DNA of 64,000 nucleotides from positions 224,001 to 288,000 of the forward strand of contig CAVUWV010000001.1 of the NCBI GenBank assembly GCA_963745075.1, written 5' to 3'. Position 1 is the stretch's first letter, and each line of letters begins with the position of its first letter. Source of the DNA: Candidatus Hydrogenedentota bacterium (GTDB lineage: Bacteria > Hydrogenedentota > Hydrogenedentia > Hydrogenedentales > SLHB01). Position numbers and translations under genes: made by a program. This document shows, in pieces, positions 10,542 through 20,717 of this stretch. The notes under the pieces were generated by a model. The model was not told where the DNA came from. It did no database searches and was given only the letters and a program-made list of their open reading frames with translations.

Positions 10542-13500
10542 TCAGCCGTCTCCGTTTTCCGCTCGATACGGCTGGTGTCGAACCGGCAGGCGCGATGGTC
10601 CCGGCATTCCCGGCACATGTCGCGATAGGGCACCGGCGGAAAGTGGCCGGCGCGGATCGCCGAAACGTGCCGTGCGATGTGATCGCGAATATGCTCTTTA
10701 CGCTCGGACCAAGGCGAGCCTTTTGTTTCCAAACCGGCCAAGTGACCTTTGCCGCCGATTTGTAGGAACCGGGCATCGGCGCACGGCGTGCCGGGCATGA
10801 GATACTCTTCCAACGCGAGTGCGTAGACGGGCAGTTGGACCGACACGCCGGCTTCGATTTCCGCTTGCCGGGCGTAGACCGAGGTCTTGTAGTCGATAAT
10901 ACGCGCGCCCTGTTCCGAGGTATCGATGCGATCGATTCGTCCGGTGAATCGGATTGGACCCTCGTTCGTTGCAAGTTCGTACGGTTCCGTCTTGCTCAGC
11001 GAATCTTCAGACCTGCCGTGGACGTTTCCGAAGGATACCTCGAAATGGCGCGGTTGCCAGGCGTCGGTATCTTTCTCCCGCGCAATGGCCAGATACCGCT
11101 GCAGGAGCACCGCCATGCGACCACGCTCGGCGTGAGCCGCTTTGGGCGGCGTGTTGATGCTTTGGTAGGCCCGCCGAGCGAAAACGTCGTCGAGATGCCT
11201 GACGATGGCCTCGTTTGCCTCAGTTTCCGGAATGTCAGCGACGGGACGCCCCAGATACTCCTTGTGAAAAGCATGCAGTACCTCGTGCAGAATGCGGCCG
11301 CGTACCAACGGGTCGAACTCCGCGCCGGGTTCTTCTTCCGGATCCACGCCCAAGACTCGCGTCATGAAAAACCGGAAGGGACAGCCTGCGTAGGATTCGA
11401 TCTGATTGACGCTGAACAGATGGCCTGATCCGAAGTGCGCGGCAACGGCGTCAACCAACCCCGGATCGGCGAGCATCCCGTCGTAGACGCCCAACAGAGA
11501 GGCGTCTTGCCGCGCCGTTTCGATGGATAAGGCGTCCGTCACATGCTGGAACTCCTTGCGGTACAGCTCTCGCAATGGCTTGCTCCGCAAAAACGCGCTG
11601 TTGCGGACATCCCGCATGCTCCCCACGGAGCCGGGTTCCGGCGCGAATAGTGGAGTCGCCGGCGTCTCGGATTTCACACCCAACGGTTCGAGCAGTTCCA
11701 GGGTATCCGTGAGAAACGGACTGGGACTCGCGGCGCGGCCATCGCGCGACTGTGCGTGCCATGTCAGGGTCAGGTGGGTTCTTGCGGCGCGAACGGCGTG
11801 ATGAAACGCGAGCATTTCGCGGGCCGCGTGGCGGTGTTTGTCGTCGAGTTCGATCCGGTGCGCGGCAAAATCTGCGATGTCCGTGTCCGTGTAGATGGCG
11901 CCGACGGAGGGCGGTCTCGGGAATTCGCCCTCGTTCATTCCGCAGAGGAAAACGTAGTCGTAGGCATCATGGCGGAGATCGTCGGCGCTCTTGCACACGA
12001 CCGCGCCGGGAATCGGAGGTTGCTCCAACGCCGTTGCGCGAAATGTGCCGCGCAGTACGCGCACAAAATCGTCCCGATCGATCGACCGGTTGCCGCCCTG
12101 CCGCTGGTGCCACGCATCGACGCGCCCCAACGTTAACTTCAGCGCATTCCAAGCGGCTTGCTCGCGTTCCAGGATCGGACCCGCCGTTCCGTTCGTAAGA
12201 GCCCGAATCGCGTTGCAGCTTTCGAGCGAATCTTCCACGCCCGCAACAAAAGCAGCCGGTCTTGCGCGGGCGGGCAGGAGTCGGGCGACTTCGGCCAAAT
12301 GCTCCAGGCGTGTCAAAAGCGAATCGAAAGCTTCGCGCATGTGCGGAAGGCGTTTGACGCCGGTGCCGCTCTTGGCATCGTCGTTATCGAACTGTCCCCG
12401 GCAGCGGCGGACACCGTCCATCCACTCTTGTTGACCTTCGATGATGCCCGCGCGGCGGGCGAGAACGGGGAAGAGGTCGACCTGTTCCCTTGGGACGCCA
12501 CCCTCCGCGAACCATGGCGCGGTAATGACATCAAGCACGGAATGCCGCGACCAGGTTTGGCACGCTTCGAACAGATTCATCACGAAACAGGCCAGGGAAC
12601 TTTCCTCGAGAGGGACGGGTCGCTCGACGGCGACGGGTATTCCGAACTCGTCGAAGACGGCACGAACGGTGGATGCCGAATCGCGAAGATCGCGAAAGAG
12701 TATGGCGATTCGGTCGCAGGGGACGGATCGGTCGAGAATAAGCGTCTTGATCTTGCGCCCGGCATGTTCGACCTCCTGCCGCAGGTCCGGGCAGGGTACG
12801 ACGGCGACGTTCGGTCGCAAGTCCGGCGCCGGCGTTGGACGTTGCCGCCAGAAGATTTCGCCGGCGAGGTATTCGCTGTGCGACTTGGCGGACGGCGCAG
12901 CGAAGGTCGTGCTCTGGACGTGTTCGAACTCGCCGGCAATCTTCTCATGGGTTGCCCGCGGAATTATGAATAGATCCTGTCGGCTTGGTTCAACCACATC
13001 ACCGTCGATACCAAAAACCATTTCGGAGACATGCCCCGCCAATGTCTTGACAAGGCGAAACTCCGAGGGCGTGAAGTCCTCGAACCCATCCAGCAAAAGG
13101 GATTCCACGCCCTCCAGCGCGGCCGGCGGCCCTTCTTTCAGCACCACTTCCGTTTGCCAGAAGATACCGACTCGGTCGTAGCTGCGGGTTTGAATGAGGG
13201 CGTCCTGGTAGCCTTCGTAGACGGCGGCGACAATGGAATCAAGCCAGGAACCGTGTGCTCGATGAGCGATAACTTCGCGAAAATGCGCCGGTTCGACAGC
13301 CGCCTGCTTCAGTTGCGTGATCACGCGTAGCGCGTGCGTAACAAACCCGTCAGAGGTCGCCGCGTCGCCGAGAACCGCGAGGCGGTTCTCAGACGCTAGA
13401 CGCTGCACGACCCCTTCGACGAGCATGCGCCGCTCTAATTCGTCGAGACGGTGAACGCGGAAGCCTTCTGCCTCGAGTATAAGCAGGGAAATATCCTCAA

Positions 13501-13690
13501 GAGTCAGGACGCGTGGATCCCAGCACCCGGGCAGGTCGCTTTCGAGGAGGAACGTCTCAAGGCGCTGGTTGGCGGCAGACCGGGTCGGCATGATGAGCAT
13601 GGCGCGACCCCAGCGTTCGCGCATGAGGTCGTCTATGCGCTGGGTTCGTTCCGATGCCGGCGTTCCCGTATAGAGATGGATGGTTGCCAC
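10538..13690 (-). CDS. addB: AddB-type inactive helicase with PD-(D/E)XK nuclease
   Basis: C-terminal GRIDRID..IIDYKT..QLPVY; Fe-S staple cysteines CPFRFF and CRECRDHRAC; overlaps the addA start. Confidence 0.85.
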   Translation of the reverse strand: MATIHLYTGTPASERTQRIDDLMRERWGRAMLIMPTRSAANQRLETFLLESDLPGCWDPRVLTLEDISLLILEAEGFRVHRLDELERRMLVEGVVQRLASENRLAVLGDAATSDGFVTHALRVITQLKQAAVEPAHFREVIAHRAHGSWLDSIVAAVYEGYQDALIQTRSYDRVGIFWQTEVVLKEGPPAALEGVESLLLDGFEDFTPSEFRLVKTLAGHVSEMVFGIDGDVVEPSRQDLFIIPRATHEKIAGEFEHVQSTTFAAPSAKSHSEYLAGEIFWRQRPTPAPDLRPNVAVVPCPDLRQEVEHAGRKIKTLILDRSVPCDRIAILFRDLRDSASTVRAVFDEFGIPVAVERPVPLEESSLACFVMNLFEACQTWSRHSVLDVITAPWFAEGGVPREQVDLFPVLARRAGIIEGQQEWMDGVRRCRGQFDNDDAKSGTGVKRLPHMREAFDSLLTRLEHLAEVARLLPARARPAAFVAGVEDSLESCNAIRALTNGTAGPILEREQAAWNALKLTLGRVDAWHQRQGGNRSIDRDDFVRVLRGTFRATALEQPPIPGAVVCKSADDLRHDAYDYVFLCGMNEGEFPRPPSVGAIYTDTDIADFAAHRIELDDKHRHAAREMLAFHHAVRAARTHLTLTWHAQSRDGRAASPSPFLTDTLELLEPLGVKSETPATPLFAPEPGSVGSMRDVRNSAFLRSKPLRELYRKEFQHVTDALSIETARQDASLLGVYDGMLADPGLVDAVAAHFGSGHLFSVNQIESYAGCPFRFFMTRVLGVDPEEEPGAEFDPLVRGRILHEVLHAFHKEYLGRPVADIPETEANEAIVRHLDDVFARRAYQSINTPPKAAHAERGRMAVLLQRYLAIAREKDTDAWQPRHFEVSFGNVHGRSEDSLSKTEPYELATNEGPIRFTGRIDRIDTSEQGARIIDYKTSVYARQAEIEAGVSVQLPVYALALEEYLMPGTPCADARFLQIGGKGHLAGLETKGSPWSERKEHIRDHIARHVSAIRAGHFPPVPYRDMCRECRDHRACRFDTSRIERKTETAE

Positions 13691-13839
13691 TGATGGGTTC
13701 CGAGTTTACTCGTCTGCGCACCAGCATAACGAACGGTGGGGCGCGTTGCGAAACTTTGCGGAGGACCGGCACGGGCAGACACAGACCAGAGAGCTTCTTT
13801 TACGGGGCGGCGCGGCGTTGGAGCCAGTCGATACGTGGC

Positions 13840-15523
13840 TTAGTTCAAGTCGTCGGCGTTTCGGATTTCGTAGCGATACCCCTGCTCGGTGAGAAAGAGC
13901 TGCCGCTTGACGCTGTAATCCTGGTCGCAGGTGTCGCGCGATACGAGCGAGTAAAAGCGCGCGATGGTCCCATCGCTTTTGGGACGCAGAATCCGGCCCA
14001 GTCGCTGAGCCTCTTCCTGGCGCGAGCCAAAGGTCCCCGATACTTGAATTGCCACGTTCGCGTCCGGCAGGTCGATGGCGAAGTTGGCGACCTTCGATAC
14101 GATCATCAGCTTGCATTCGCCGCTGCGAAACCTCGCGTAGAGTTCCTCGCGCTTTTTGTTCGCCGTCTGCCCGGTGATGATGGGCGCCTTGAAATGTTTC
14201 GCAAGCACTTTCAGTTGGTCCAGGTACTGGCCGATAATCAGCACGTTGTCGTTCTTATGGTGTTTGACCAGCATTTCGCAGACGCTCGTTTTCACCGGAT
14301 TGGTGGAAGCGATTCGGAACTTGCCGCGCTTGTCAGCGATAGCGTACCGGTACCGCTCGTCCTGCGGCAGGGGAGCGCGCACTTCCGTGCAAAGCGCTTG
14401 TGCGATCCAGCCTTGTTTCTCCAATACCTTCCACGGCACGTCGTACTTCTTCGGTCCGATAAGGCTGAACACGTCGTCTTCACGCGCGTCTTCACGCACC
14501 AGCGTGGCGGTCAGACCCAGTCTGCGGCGCGCCTGCAAGGCGGCCGTCGCGCGAAACACCGGCGCCGGCAGCAGGTGCACCTCATCATAAACGATGAGTC
14601 CCCAGTTGCCCTCGTCAAAAAGGCTGAAGTGAACGAAAGGACTGTCCTTGGTCTTCCGGTAGGTCAACACCTGGTAGGTGGCGAAGGTGACCGGCCGAAT
14701 CTCTTTCGAGTCCCCGCTGTATTCGCCGCATTTTTCCTCGGCGATCGTCGTCTTATCCAGCAGTTCGCTTTTCCACTGGCGCAGCGCAACCGTGTTGGTT
14801 GTCAGGACCAGGGTTTGGGTTTGCAGCCGTTCGATGGCCGCGATGCCAACGACCGTCTTTCCCGCGCCGCACGGCAAGACGACGACCCCGCTGCCGCCCT
14901 GGTTTGAACCGCCGGCATAAAACGCATCGACCGACTCCCGCTGGTACTTGCGCAGCGAGAACGGCGCGCCGGAGAGGGTGGTGTCTCGGAAATTCAGTTC
15001 GAGCGGGGCGCCTTCAACATACCCAGCCAAGTCTTCGACCGGGAACCCGATTTTGATCAGGATGCTCTTCACGTTGCCCCGGTCCGCGGGATTGACAAAG
15101 ATGCGATGCCCGTCCGGAGACCCCGCCACGTACGGTTTGAGATCCTTCTGATTCAGTAACTGTGTGATGAGCAGGCTGTCTTCGGAATGCAGGACCAAAT
15201 CCCCGCCGGCATCCTGCTTGTACAGCTTGAGCCGGCCATACCGGGCGACGTTGTCTTCGATATCGACAATAACGTTTTCGGGGATTTCATAACGGCTGAA
15301 CGCCTTCAGGTGGTCGATGATCTCGTCGGCCGTCATGCCCGCCGCGGCGGCATTCCAAAGGGAAAGCGGGGTAAGCCTGATACGTATGAATGTGCTCGGG
15401 AGATTTGACCAGTTCCGCGAAGGCCGCGATGCTGTCGCGGGCGTCTTCGAATTTGGGACCATCCGTCTCAAGCAGAATGGATCGGTCGGACTGTACGATA
15501 ATCGGCCTATTTTCGTTACTCAT
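13840..15523 (-). CDS. XPB/Ssl2-like SF2 DNA helicase, frameshift near 15379
   Basis: MSNENRPIIVQSD...ELVKSPEHIHTY|RLTPLSLWNA N-terminus; LPCGAGKT, DEVH, GLTATLVRED, QRLGRILR motifs. Confidence 0.9.
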
Positions 15524-15565
15524 AACCAGAGAGTTTACCATTCGGACATAGGAAGCTTCTAGCCC

Positions 15566-15765
15566 GGAATTCTCACACGCACGACGCACCTACCGTGCAA
15601 TTGCTGTGAGCACTATACCTTTCAACTACCACCAAGGCTCTTCAATTTGACCGTGTGTGTGTGAGAATTCCTCAACAGTGAGCCTGCAGATCTTCTCGGG
15701 AGCATTTCTCACCGTACCCAGCGTTGTCGGTCCGTAGGAGACAGCCTTTGGGCGGTGAGAAATGC
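15566..15765. repeat. Two adjacent 13-bp inverted-repeat pairs sharing a TTCTCAC core
   Basis: GGAATTCTCACAC (15566-78) / GTGTGAGAATTCC (15659-71) and GCATTTCTCACCG (15702-14) / CGGTGAGAAATGC (15753-65). Confidence 0.8.
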
Positions 15766-15795
15766 GGACTAGCGTTGGCGCGAAAGTAAATCTCG

Positions 15796-15838
15796 AAAAA
15801 TGAAAAGGGCGCCACCGCAGTGCGCGGTAACGCCCTCT
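15796..15838 (-). terminator. Intrinsic terminator of the NfeD/FloA operon
   Basis: Minus strand AGGGCGTTACCGC-GCACT-GCGGTGGCGCCCT followed by TTTCATTTTT, about 20 bp after the stop at 15858. Confidence 0.75.
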
Positions 15839-15857
15839 TGATTGGTTTGGGCAAGTG

Positions 15858-16574
15858 TTACTCGAACGCCTTCGGGGGCCCCAGGATCTCGCGCATGATG
15901 ACCGCCCGGCGCAGATCGCTCCTGTCTTCAAAGAAGCGGGCGCCCGCATGTCTCGCATAGCGCTGCCGTTTCGGCAATGGCGCGACTGGAACAGGCGGTT
16001 TCTTCGGGACCCGCCTACGCGTTTGTTGCGGCGGCGCAACCGGAGGGGGGACCTCTCGGTGAGGCGTCTTCCGATGTTGCGGTTGCTGGCGCATCGGGGG
16101 CGCCTTCCGGTGCTGTTCCTGCGCGAGACGCCGCTGCTCTTCTTGGGGCCGGAACTGTGCTTGTTCCTGCGCCGGCCGTTCCTGCTGAGTTGCCGGCGTT
16201 CGTCGCGGTGGAGCGCGATGTACCGGTGGCGGGGTTGCCTGCCTTGCCGTTGATTGGCGCGGTGCTACCGGCGGCGGCACGGCCCGCCGAGGCTGTCCCT
16301 GCCGCGGTTGTGCCGTCGGGACATGAGGCTCCCGGCGCTGTGCAATGACGACCGGCGGTTCGCCGTCCTCGGAGTGCGTGCGCGGCCGCGCGGTGGGAAT
16401 CGTGTCACCGTACAACATGCGTCGCGTCGCCTCCGGCAGATCCTCGGGCTTCTGACGCCCCGTCTGCTGTTGGCGGCCCGTGATGTCCTTCTGCTCCGCG
16501 ACTTTGCGCGCGATAGCGACGACGATGAACACCACGAACACAAGGAGGCCAACGAGATCTCCGAAGCTATCCAT
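15858..16574 (-). CDS. YqfB-like single-TM protein with Pro/Gln/Arg-rich linker
   Basis: N-terminal TM, low-complexity middle, C-terminal DLRRAVIMREILGPPKA motif of the kind seen in genes downstream of floA. Confidence 0.7.
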   Translation of the reverse strand: MDSFGDLVGLLVFVVFIVVAIARKVAEQKDITGRQQQTGRQKPEDLPEATRRMLYGDTIPTARPRTHSEDGEPPVVIAQRREPHVPTAQPRQGQPRRAVPPPVAPRQSTARQATPPPVHRAPPRRTPATQQERPAQEQAQFRPQEEQRRLAQEQHRKAPPMRQQPQHRKTPHREVPPPVAPPQQTRRRVPKKPPVPVAPLPKRQRYARHAGARFFEDRSDLRRAVIMREILGPPKAFE

Positions 16575-16593
16575 CGATGGTAATCCTCGTGTT

Positions 16594-17622
16594 TTACGTG
16601 TGCGGTCCGGACTGGTCGTCCTCGCTACGGCCTTCCGTCTTCGAGATGGACTCCCGCATGCTCGTGTCCGCCATCACGTTCTTCATCTTGTAATAGTCCA
16701 TGATGCCGAGGTTGCCGCTGCGGAATGCCTCGGCCATGGCACGCGGCACTTCGGCCTCGGCCTCGACCACCCGGGCGCGCATCTCGATAACCTGCGCGCG
16801 CATCTCCTGTTCGCGGGCATAAGCCATGGCGCGCCGCTCCTCGGCCCGGGCCTGGGCGATCTGCTTGTCGGCCTCGGCCTGCGAAATCTGGAGTTGCGCG
16901 CCGATGTTCTCACCCACGTCCACATCCGCGATATCGATGGACAAGATTTCAAATGCCGTTCCCGCATCCAGTCCGCGTTGCAGCACCACCTTCGAAATAC
17001 GGTCCGGATTCTCGAGCACCTGTTTGTGCGTCGACGACGAACCGATGGTCGTCACGATACCTTCTCCGACGCGCGCGATGATCGTTTCCTCGGTTGCGCC
17101 ACCAACCAGGCTGTTAATGTTGGTCCGCACCGTTACGCGGGCCTTGGCCTTCAACTGAATCCCGTCCATGGCCACGGCGGCCACCGTGGGCTGTCCCTGA
17201 CGAGGGTCCGGGCAATCAATAACCTTCGGATTGACCGAGGTCTGTACCGCGTCGAGAATGTCGCGGCCCGCCAGGTCGATGGCCGTGGCACGCTGGAAAT
17301 TCAGGTCGATATTGGCTTTGCTCGCCGCGATCAGCGCCTGCACCACGCGCACCACGTTGCCGCCGGCCAGATAGTGGGCTTCCAATTCGTTCGTCGAGAT
17401 GTGGAGACCGGCTTTCACCGCATTGATGCGACTTTCCACGATGATCGCTGGATTGACCTTTCGCAGCCGCATCGCCACCAGACTCAACAGGCTGACGCGG
17501 GCTCCCGAAAGCAAGGCCTGAATGTACAATTTGAAGAAGGTCAGAACAATTACGAGGAAAATCAGAATGACAATCGCTGCTGCTACGCCAAGAATCGCGT
17601 AAAAAGGCCCTAATCCACTCAT
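16594..17622 (-). CDS. floA: Flotillin-like protein FloA (YqfA)
   Basis: [61 protein letters not shown] motifs. Confidence 0.95.
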   Translation of the reverse strand: MSGLGPFYAILGVAAAIVILIFLVIVLTFFKLYIQALLSGARVSLLSLVAMRLRKVNPAIIVESRINAVKAGLHISTNELEAHYLAGGNVVRVVQALIAASKANIDLNFQRATAIDLAGRDILDAVQTSVNPKVIDCPDPRQGQPTVAAVAMDGIQLKAKARVTVRTNINSLVGGATEETIIARVGEGIVTTIGSSSTHKQVLENPDRISKVVLQRGLDAGTAFEILSIDIADVDVGENIGAQLQISQAEADKQIAQARAEERRAMAYAREQEMRAQVIEMRARVVEAEAEVPRAMAEAFRSGNLGIMDYYKMKNVMADTSMRESISKTEGRSEDDQSGPHT

Positions 17623-17636
17623 TGCCGTATCCTTTC

Positions 17637-18257
17637 CTAATCCGCGGCTGCCTGCACCACGACCATGTTATCTTTTGTTCCAATTACGCTAACGGTAGCA
17701 CCTTTCGGCAGGTAACCGCCAATAGCAACCGCACTCACGAGCGTATCACCGATGGAAACCAGTCCCGGTGGTCCCACAGCCTGGACGACTTCGGCGGTTT
17801 GACCGATGCACGCCGCTGCCGTTTCGGGTGTTGCCTGGTCGGCCGCTTCTCGAAGACCGGCCTCTTTCGCGTGAATCAAGTCCTGCACCGTCTTCACAAC
17901 GTCACGGCCGGACAAGTCGAACGCGGCGGCGATGCGAAAGGGCAGGTCCACGTCCGCCTTCCGGGCGGCCGCCGCAGCGACCATGACACGATTGATGTTC
18001 CCTCCGGCAAGCACGTGCGACTCGATTCCGTCCAAGGGCGCATTCACGCCGGTCCTCTTCGCGACGATATACACATTAACGATCGCGCCGAGGTCCAACC
18101 TCCGCATGGCCATCCCGCACATCCGCCACCATCCGACGGGGGCCCCGCCCAACCGGGCGCGAAGCCACGGACCGAAGACGGTGAACACCATGACACCAAG
18201 TGCAAACAGCGCAAGCGAACCCAGGAGAATAGACGCTATCACGATGACATTCGGCAT
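17637..18257 (-). CDS. FloA N-terminal-like domain fused to a NfeD-type OB domain
   Basis: [25 protein letters not shown] (FloA N-terminus), then [30 protein letters not shown] (NfeD C-terminal-like). Start inferred at MPNVIV. Confidence 0.7.
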   Translation of the reverse strand: MPNVIVIASILLGSLALFALGVMVFTVFGPWLRARLGGAPVGWWRMCGMAMRRLDLGAIVNVYIVAKRTGVNAPLDGIESHVLAGGNINRVMVAAAAARKADVDLPFRIAAAFDLSGRDVVKTVQDLIHAKEAGLREAADQATPETAAACIGQTAEVVQAVGPPGLVSIGDTLVSAVAIGGYLPKGATVSVIGTKDNMVVVQAAAD

Positions 18258-18276
18258 GAGCACTCCCGCGACGGGG

Positions 18277-18756
18277 TCAGCTTTTTGCCGCTTCTTCGAC
18301 AACCACGCGGTTGCCGCGCACCTCAATCACACGCACGGCAGTACCGCGCACGATGTACTCGCCGCTCGAGACGGCGTTCGTGCGTATGCCATTGAGCATG
18401 ACCGTCCCCGCCGGACGCAGGTCGGTGAAGACTTCGCCGAGCGCTCCAATCAGTTTGGCGTCGGAGACATCCGAGACCCAACCCGCGTCTTGCGGCTGGT
18501 CTTGCGTAAGGATCATCGCCTTGCCGACGATCGATCGCGGGAAGAAGTAGAACCCCAGTCCAATGGCCACGGTGGCCGCGATCCCCTCGCCAAAGATTAC
18601 CAGCAGCCCGTGCTGCGGAAACGTATAGAGCGCGAAACCGCAACTGACGACGAGAAAGACGCCCCCGAGAATTCCGCAGACCAATCCCGGCAGGATAAAC
18701 TCCGCGAGAATCAGAATGATGCCGGCTACGAAGAAGAACGCGATCCACCAGATCAT
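18277..18756 (-). CDS. Short NfeD family protein
   Basis: AEFILPG TM region; TDLRPAG..GEYIVRGTAVRVIEVRGNRVVV OB fold. Confidence 0.85.
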   Translation of the reverse strand: MIWWIAFFFVAGIILILAEFILPGLVCGILGGVFLVVSCGFALYTFPQHGLLVIFGEGIAATVAIGLGFYFFPRSIVGKAMILTQDQPQDAGWVSDVSDAKLIGALGEVFTDLRPAGTVMLNGIRTNAVSSGEYIVRGTAVRVIEVRGNRVVVEEAAKS

Positions 18757-19052
18757 TTCTTCTGCTCCTCCGCGGATTCGAGAAGCGTGAGGAGCTGCCC
18801 GATCTCCAGCCGTATACTCTGGCTGACCTTCATCTTGTCGGCGGGATCTTTGGGATCGGTCTCTTCAATTTCGTCAAAGGTGCCGATCAGGCCGTCTGCT
18901 TCCGGAAACAGTCGCCGGGCTTGTTCCAGAAGCTTGTTGTAACGCCGGGCCATGGGCGTGCAACTGTAGTAGCCGGCGCCTTGCTGCTGAATCACATGCA
19001 TCTCTTCCCGCAACCCCTTCAGCATATGAATCAATGACGTGCGAACATCCAT
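18753..19052 (-). CDS. Hypothetical 99-aa soluble helical protein
   Basis: GGAGGAAG RBS upstream; stop overlaps the next ATG (ATGA). Confidence 0.7.
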   Translation of the reverse strand: MDVRTSLIHMLKGLREEMHVIQQQGAGYYSCTPMARRYNKLLEQARRLFPEADGLIGTFDEIEETDPKDPADKMKVSQSIRLEIGQLLTLLESAEEQKK

Positions 19053-19082
19053 GGGAATATCTTCCTCCCCCCGAAATTCCGC

Positions 19083-20717
19083 TCAGGGTTTTTCTTTCAG
19101 CCGGTCGACGACGTACCGGTTGCCTTCCACTTCAACGATTTCGATCGGTGTGCCTTCCTCGATAAACTCCGCGCGACTCACGACCTGAAACGTCTTATCG
19201 CCAAAACGTCCGCGCCCCGCGGGACGCAACATGCTGGTCGCGACACCCTTCAACCCGATCGATGAAGTACGGTCCCGAACCGACTGGACGGAATAACCGT
19301 CGGTCGCGTGCTGGGCGTGGGCCAGCACCAACCGCCCGTATATTGGGGTACGCGGAAATACCTTCCAGAAGATTACGCTCAAAACCACAAAACCAACGGT
19401 CGTCAGCGTGACGGTTTTCCCCGCATCTCGCAGGCGATCGAAACTCCACGAATACTCCGGGAACGAGAATTCGGAGAAGGTAAAGGACAAATAGAGCCCG
19501 GCAAGCAGGGATAGGATCCCCAGCACTCCGCAGATCCCGAAACCCGGCAACACGAAGGCTTCAATCGCGATGAGGATCAACCCCGCCAGTACGAGCAACA
19601 AGTCGATCCAGTCCGCAAGCCCGATGACGCTGCGCGCACCAAAGAACAAGGCCAACGCCACAATGCCGACTATGCCCGGCAAGCCGAATCCGGGCGTTCG
19701 GATTTCAAGGTAAATCCCCCCGAGCCCTAAGATTAACAAGAGGCTTGACACTTCGGGGCTGGTCAGCCAGCGAAACAACTCTTCCGACCACGTCAGTTCG
19801 AGGGTTACTTGGCGTGCGTTTTCCAGACCCTCCCCGCGGATCAGATTATCCAACGTCCGGTACTCCCCTTTGGCCAAGCGATACTTGATGGCCTCGTCCG
19901 GCGTCAGCGTCAGGAGCTTATCCGGTCCCACGACGATATGGGCGCCTTCCATCCCCGACGCGATTGCCGCTTGGACGGCCTGTTCACCCTTGCTCGGGCC
20001 GGACTCTTTGGTACTGCTCAAGCCCTTGAGGAAGTCCTTCAATGGTCCCAGATCGAGATTGGTGTTCTCCTCGAGCTTCTGGACGATGCCTTCCAACGCG
20101 GATGCGCCGCTTCCGGCGCTGCCGGACTGACCCGCGTTGGTGGCGTAAACGTCGAACGTTCCATCTCCGCGTGGAATGGCAATGAGTTCAATGTCCTTGT
20201 CCACCATCGCCATGCCGATATCGGGATTGTGTCCCTTCTCTTCCCCCAACGCCGCAATCTTCGAGCGGAGAAAGGAGGTCTCCTTTTCCCCGGCCGGCGT
20301 GACGCCTTCGCCCGTCATGCGCACGACTTGCGACGCGCCGATATTGCTCGCCGGCGCCATGAAGATCTCGTCGCAAGAATAGCTGATGATTGCCCCCGCC
20401 GAGATGGCCCCCATCCCCTTGATATAGGCGATGGTCTTGCACGGCGCGTTCAGGATGGATTTCGTAATCTCGATAGCCGAATCCAGCCGGCCGCCCGGCG
20501 TATCGATGATGAAGATGATCGCCTCGGCGTTCCGGGCTTCGGAGATCGCGCGATTCACGAGGACCAGAATACCGTCGTCGATCATCGTCCCCTGTTCGGT
20601 GACGATGGGACAGATCACAATATAGGGTTGGTCGCCGGTGGGGCTGTCGGGCTGCTGGGCGATTGCACTAAACGCCAGCATCATCGACACGCAAATCGCT
20701 GCTACCATTCGGACCAT
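19083..20717 (-). CDS. Long NfeD (YqeZ-like): ClpP-class protease, TM domain and OB domain
   Basis: IDTPGGRLD, AISAGAII, LLTLT, EIRTPGFG, LRPAGRG motifs. Start inferred from a GAGGT RBS. Confidence 0.9.
   Translation of the reverse strand: MVRMVAAICVSMMLAFSAIAQQPDSPTGDQPYIVICPIVTEQGTMIDDGILVLVNRAISEARNAEAIIFIIDTPGGRLDSAIEITKSILNAPCKTIAYIKGMGAISAGAIISYSCDEIFMAPASNIGASQVVRMTGEGVTPAGEKETSFLRSKIAALGEEKGHNPDIGMAMVDKDIELIAIPRGDGTFDVYATNAGQSGSAGSGASALEGIVQKLEENTNLDLGPLKDFLKGLSSTKESGPSKGEQAVQAAIASGMEGAHIVVGPDKLLTLTPDEAIKYRLAKGEYRTLDNLIRGEGLENARQVTLELTWSEELFRWLTSPEVSSLLLILGLGGIYLEIRTPGFGLPGIVGIVALALFFGARSVIGLADWIDLLLVLAGLILIAIEAFVLPGFGICGVLGILSLLAGLYLSFTFSEFSFPEYSWSFDRLRDAGKTVTLTTVGFVVLSVIFWKVFPRTPIYGRLVLAHAQHATDGYSVQSVRDRTSSIGLKGVATSMLRPAGRGRFGDKTFQVVSRAEFIEEGTPIEIVEVEGNRYVVDRLKEKP

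Noticed and set aside
7160..13690. Cas4-like nuclease plus helicase as a CRISPR or defence system
   Set aside because: The Fe-S PD-(D/E)XK domain is the normal AddB C-terminus, and no cas genes or array are present.
7160..15523. addA and XPB as pseudogenes or programmed frameshifts
   Set aside because: One extra base each, no slippery heptamer, all motifs intact. Sequencing error is more parsimonious.
15715..15752. Resemblance of GGTCCGTAGGAGACAGCC to SRP RNA domain IV
   Set aside because: Lacks the GNRA tetraloop and the conserved CAGG/AGCA symmetric loop. Kept only as an unnamed hairpin.
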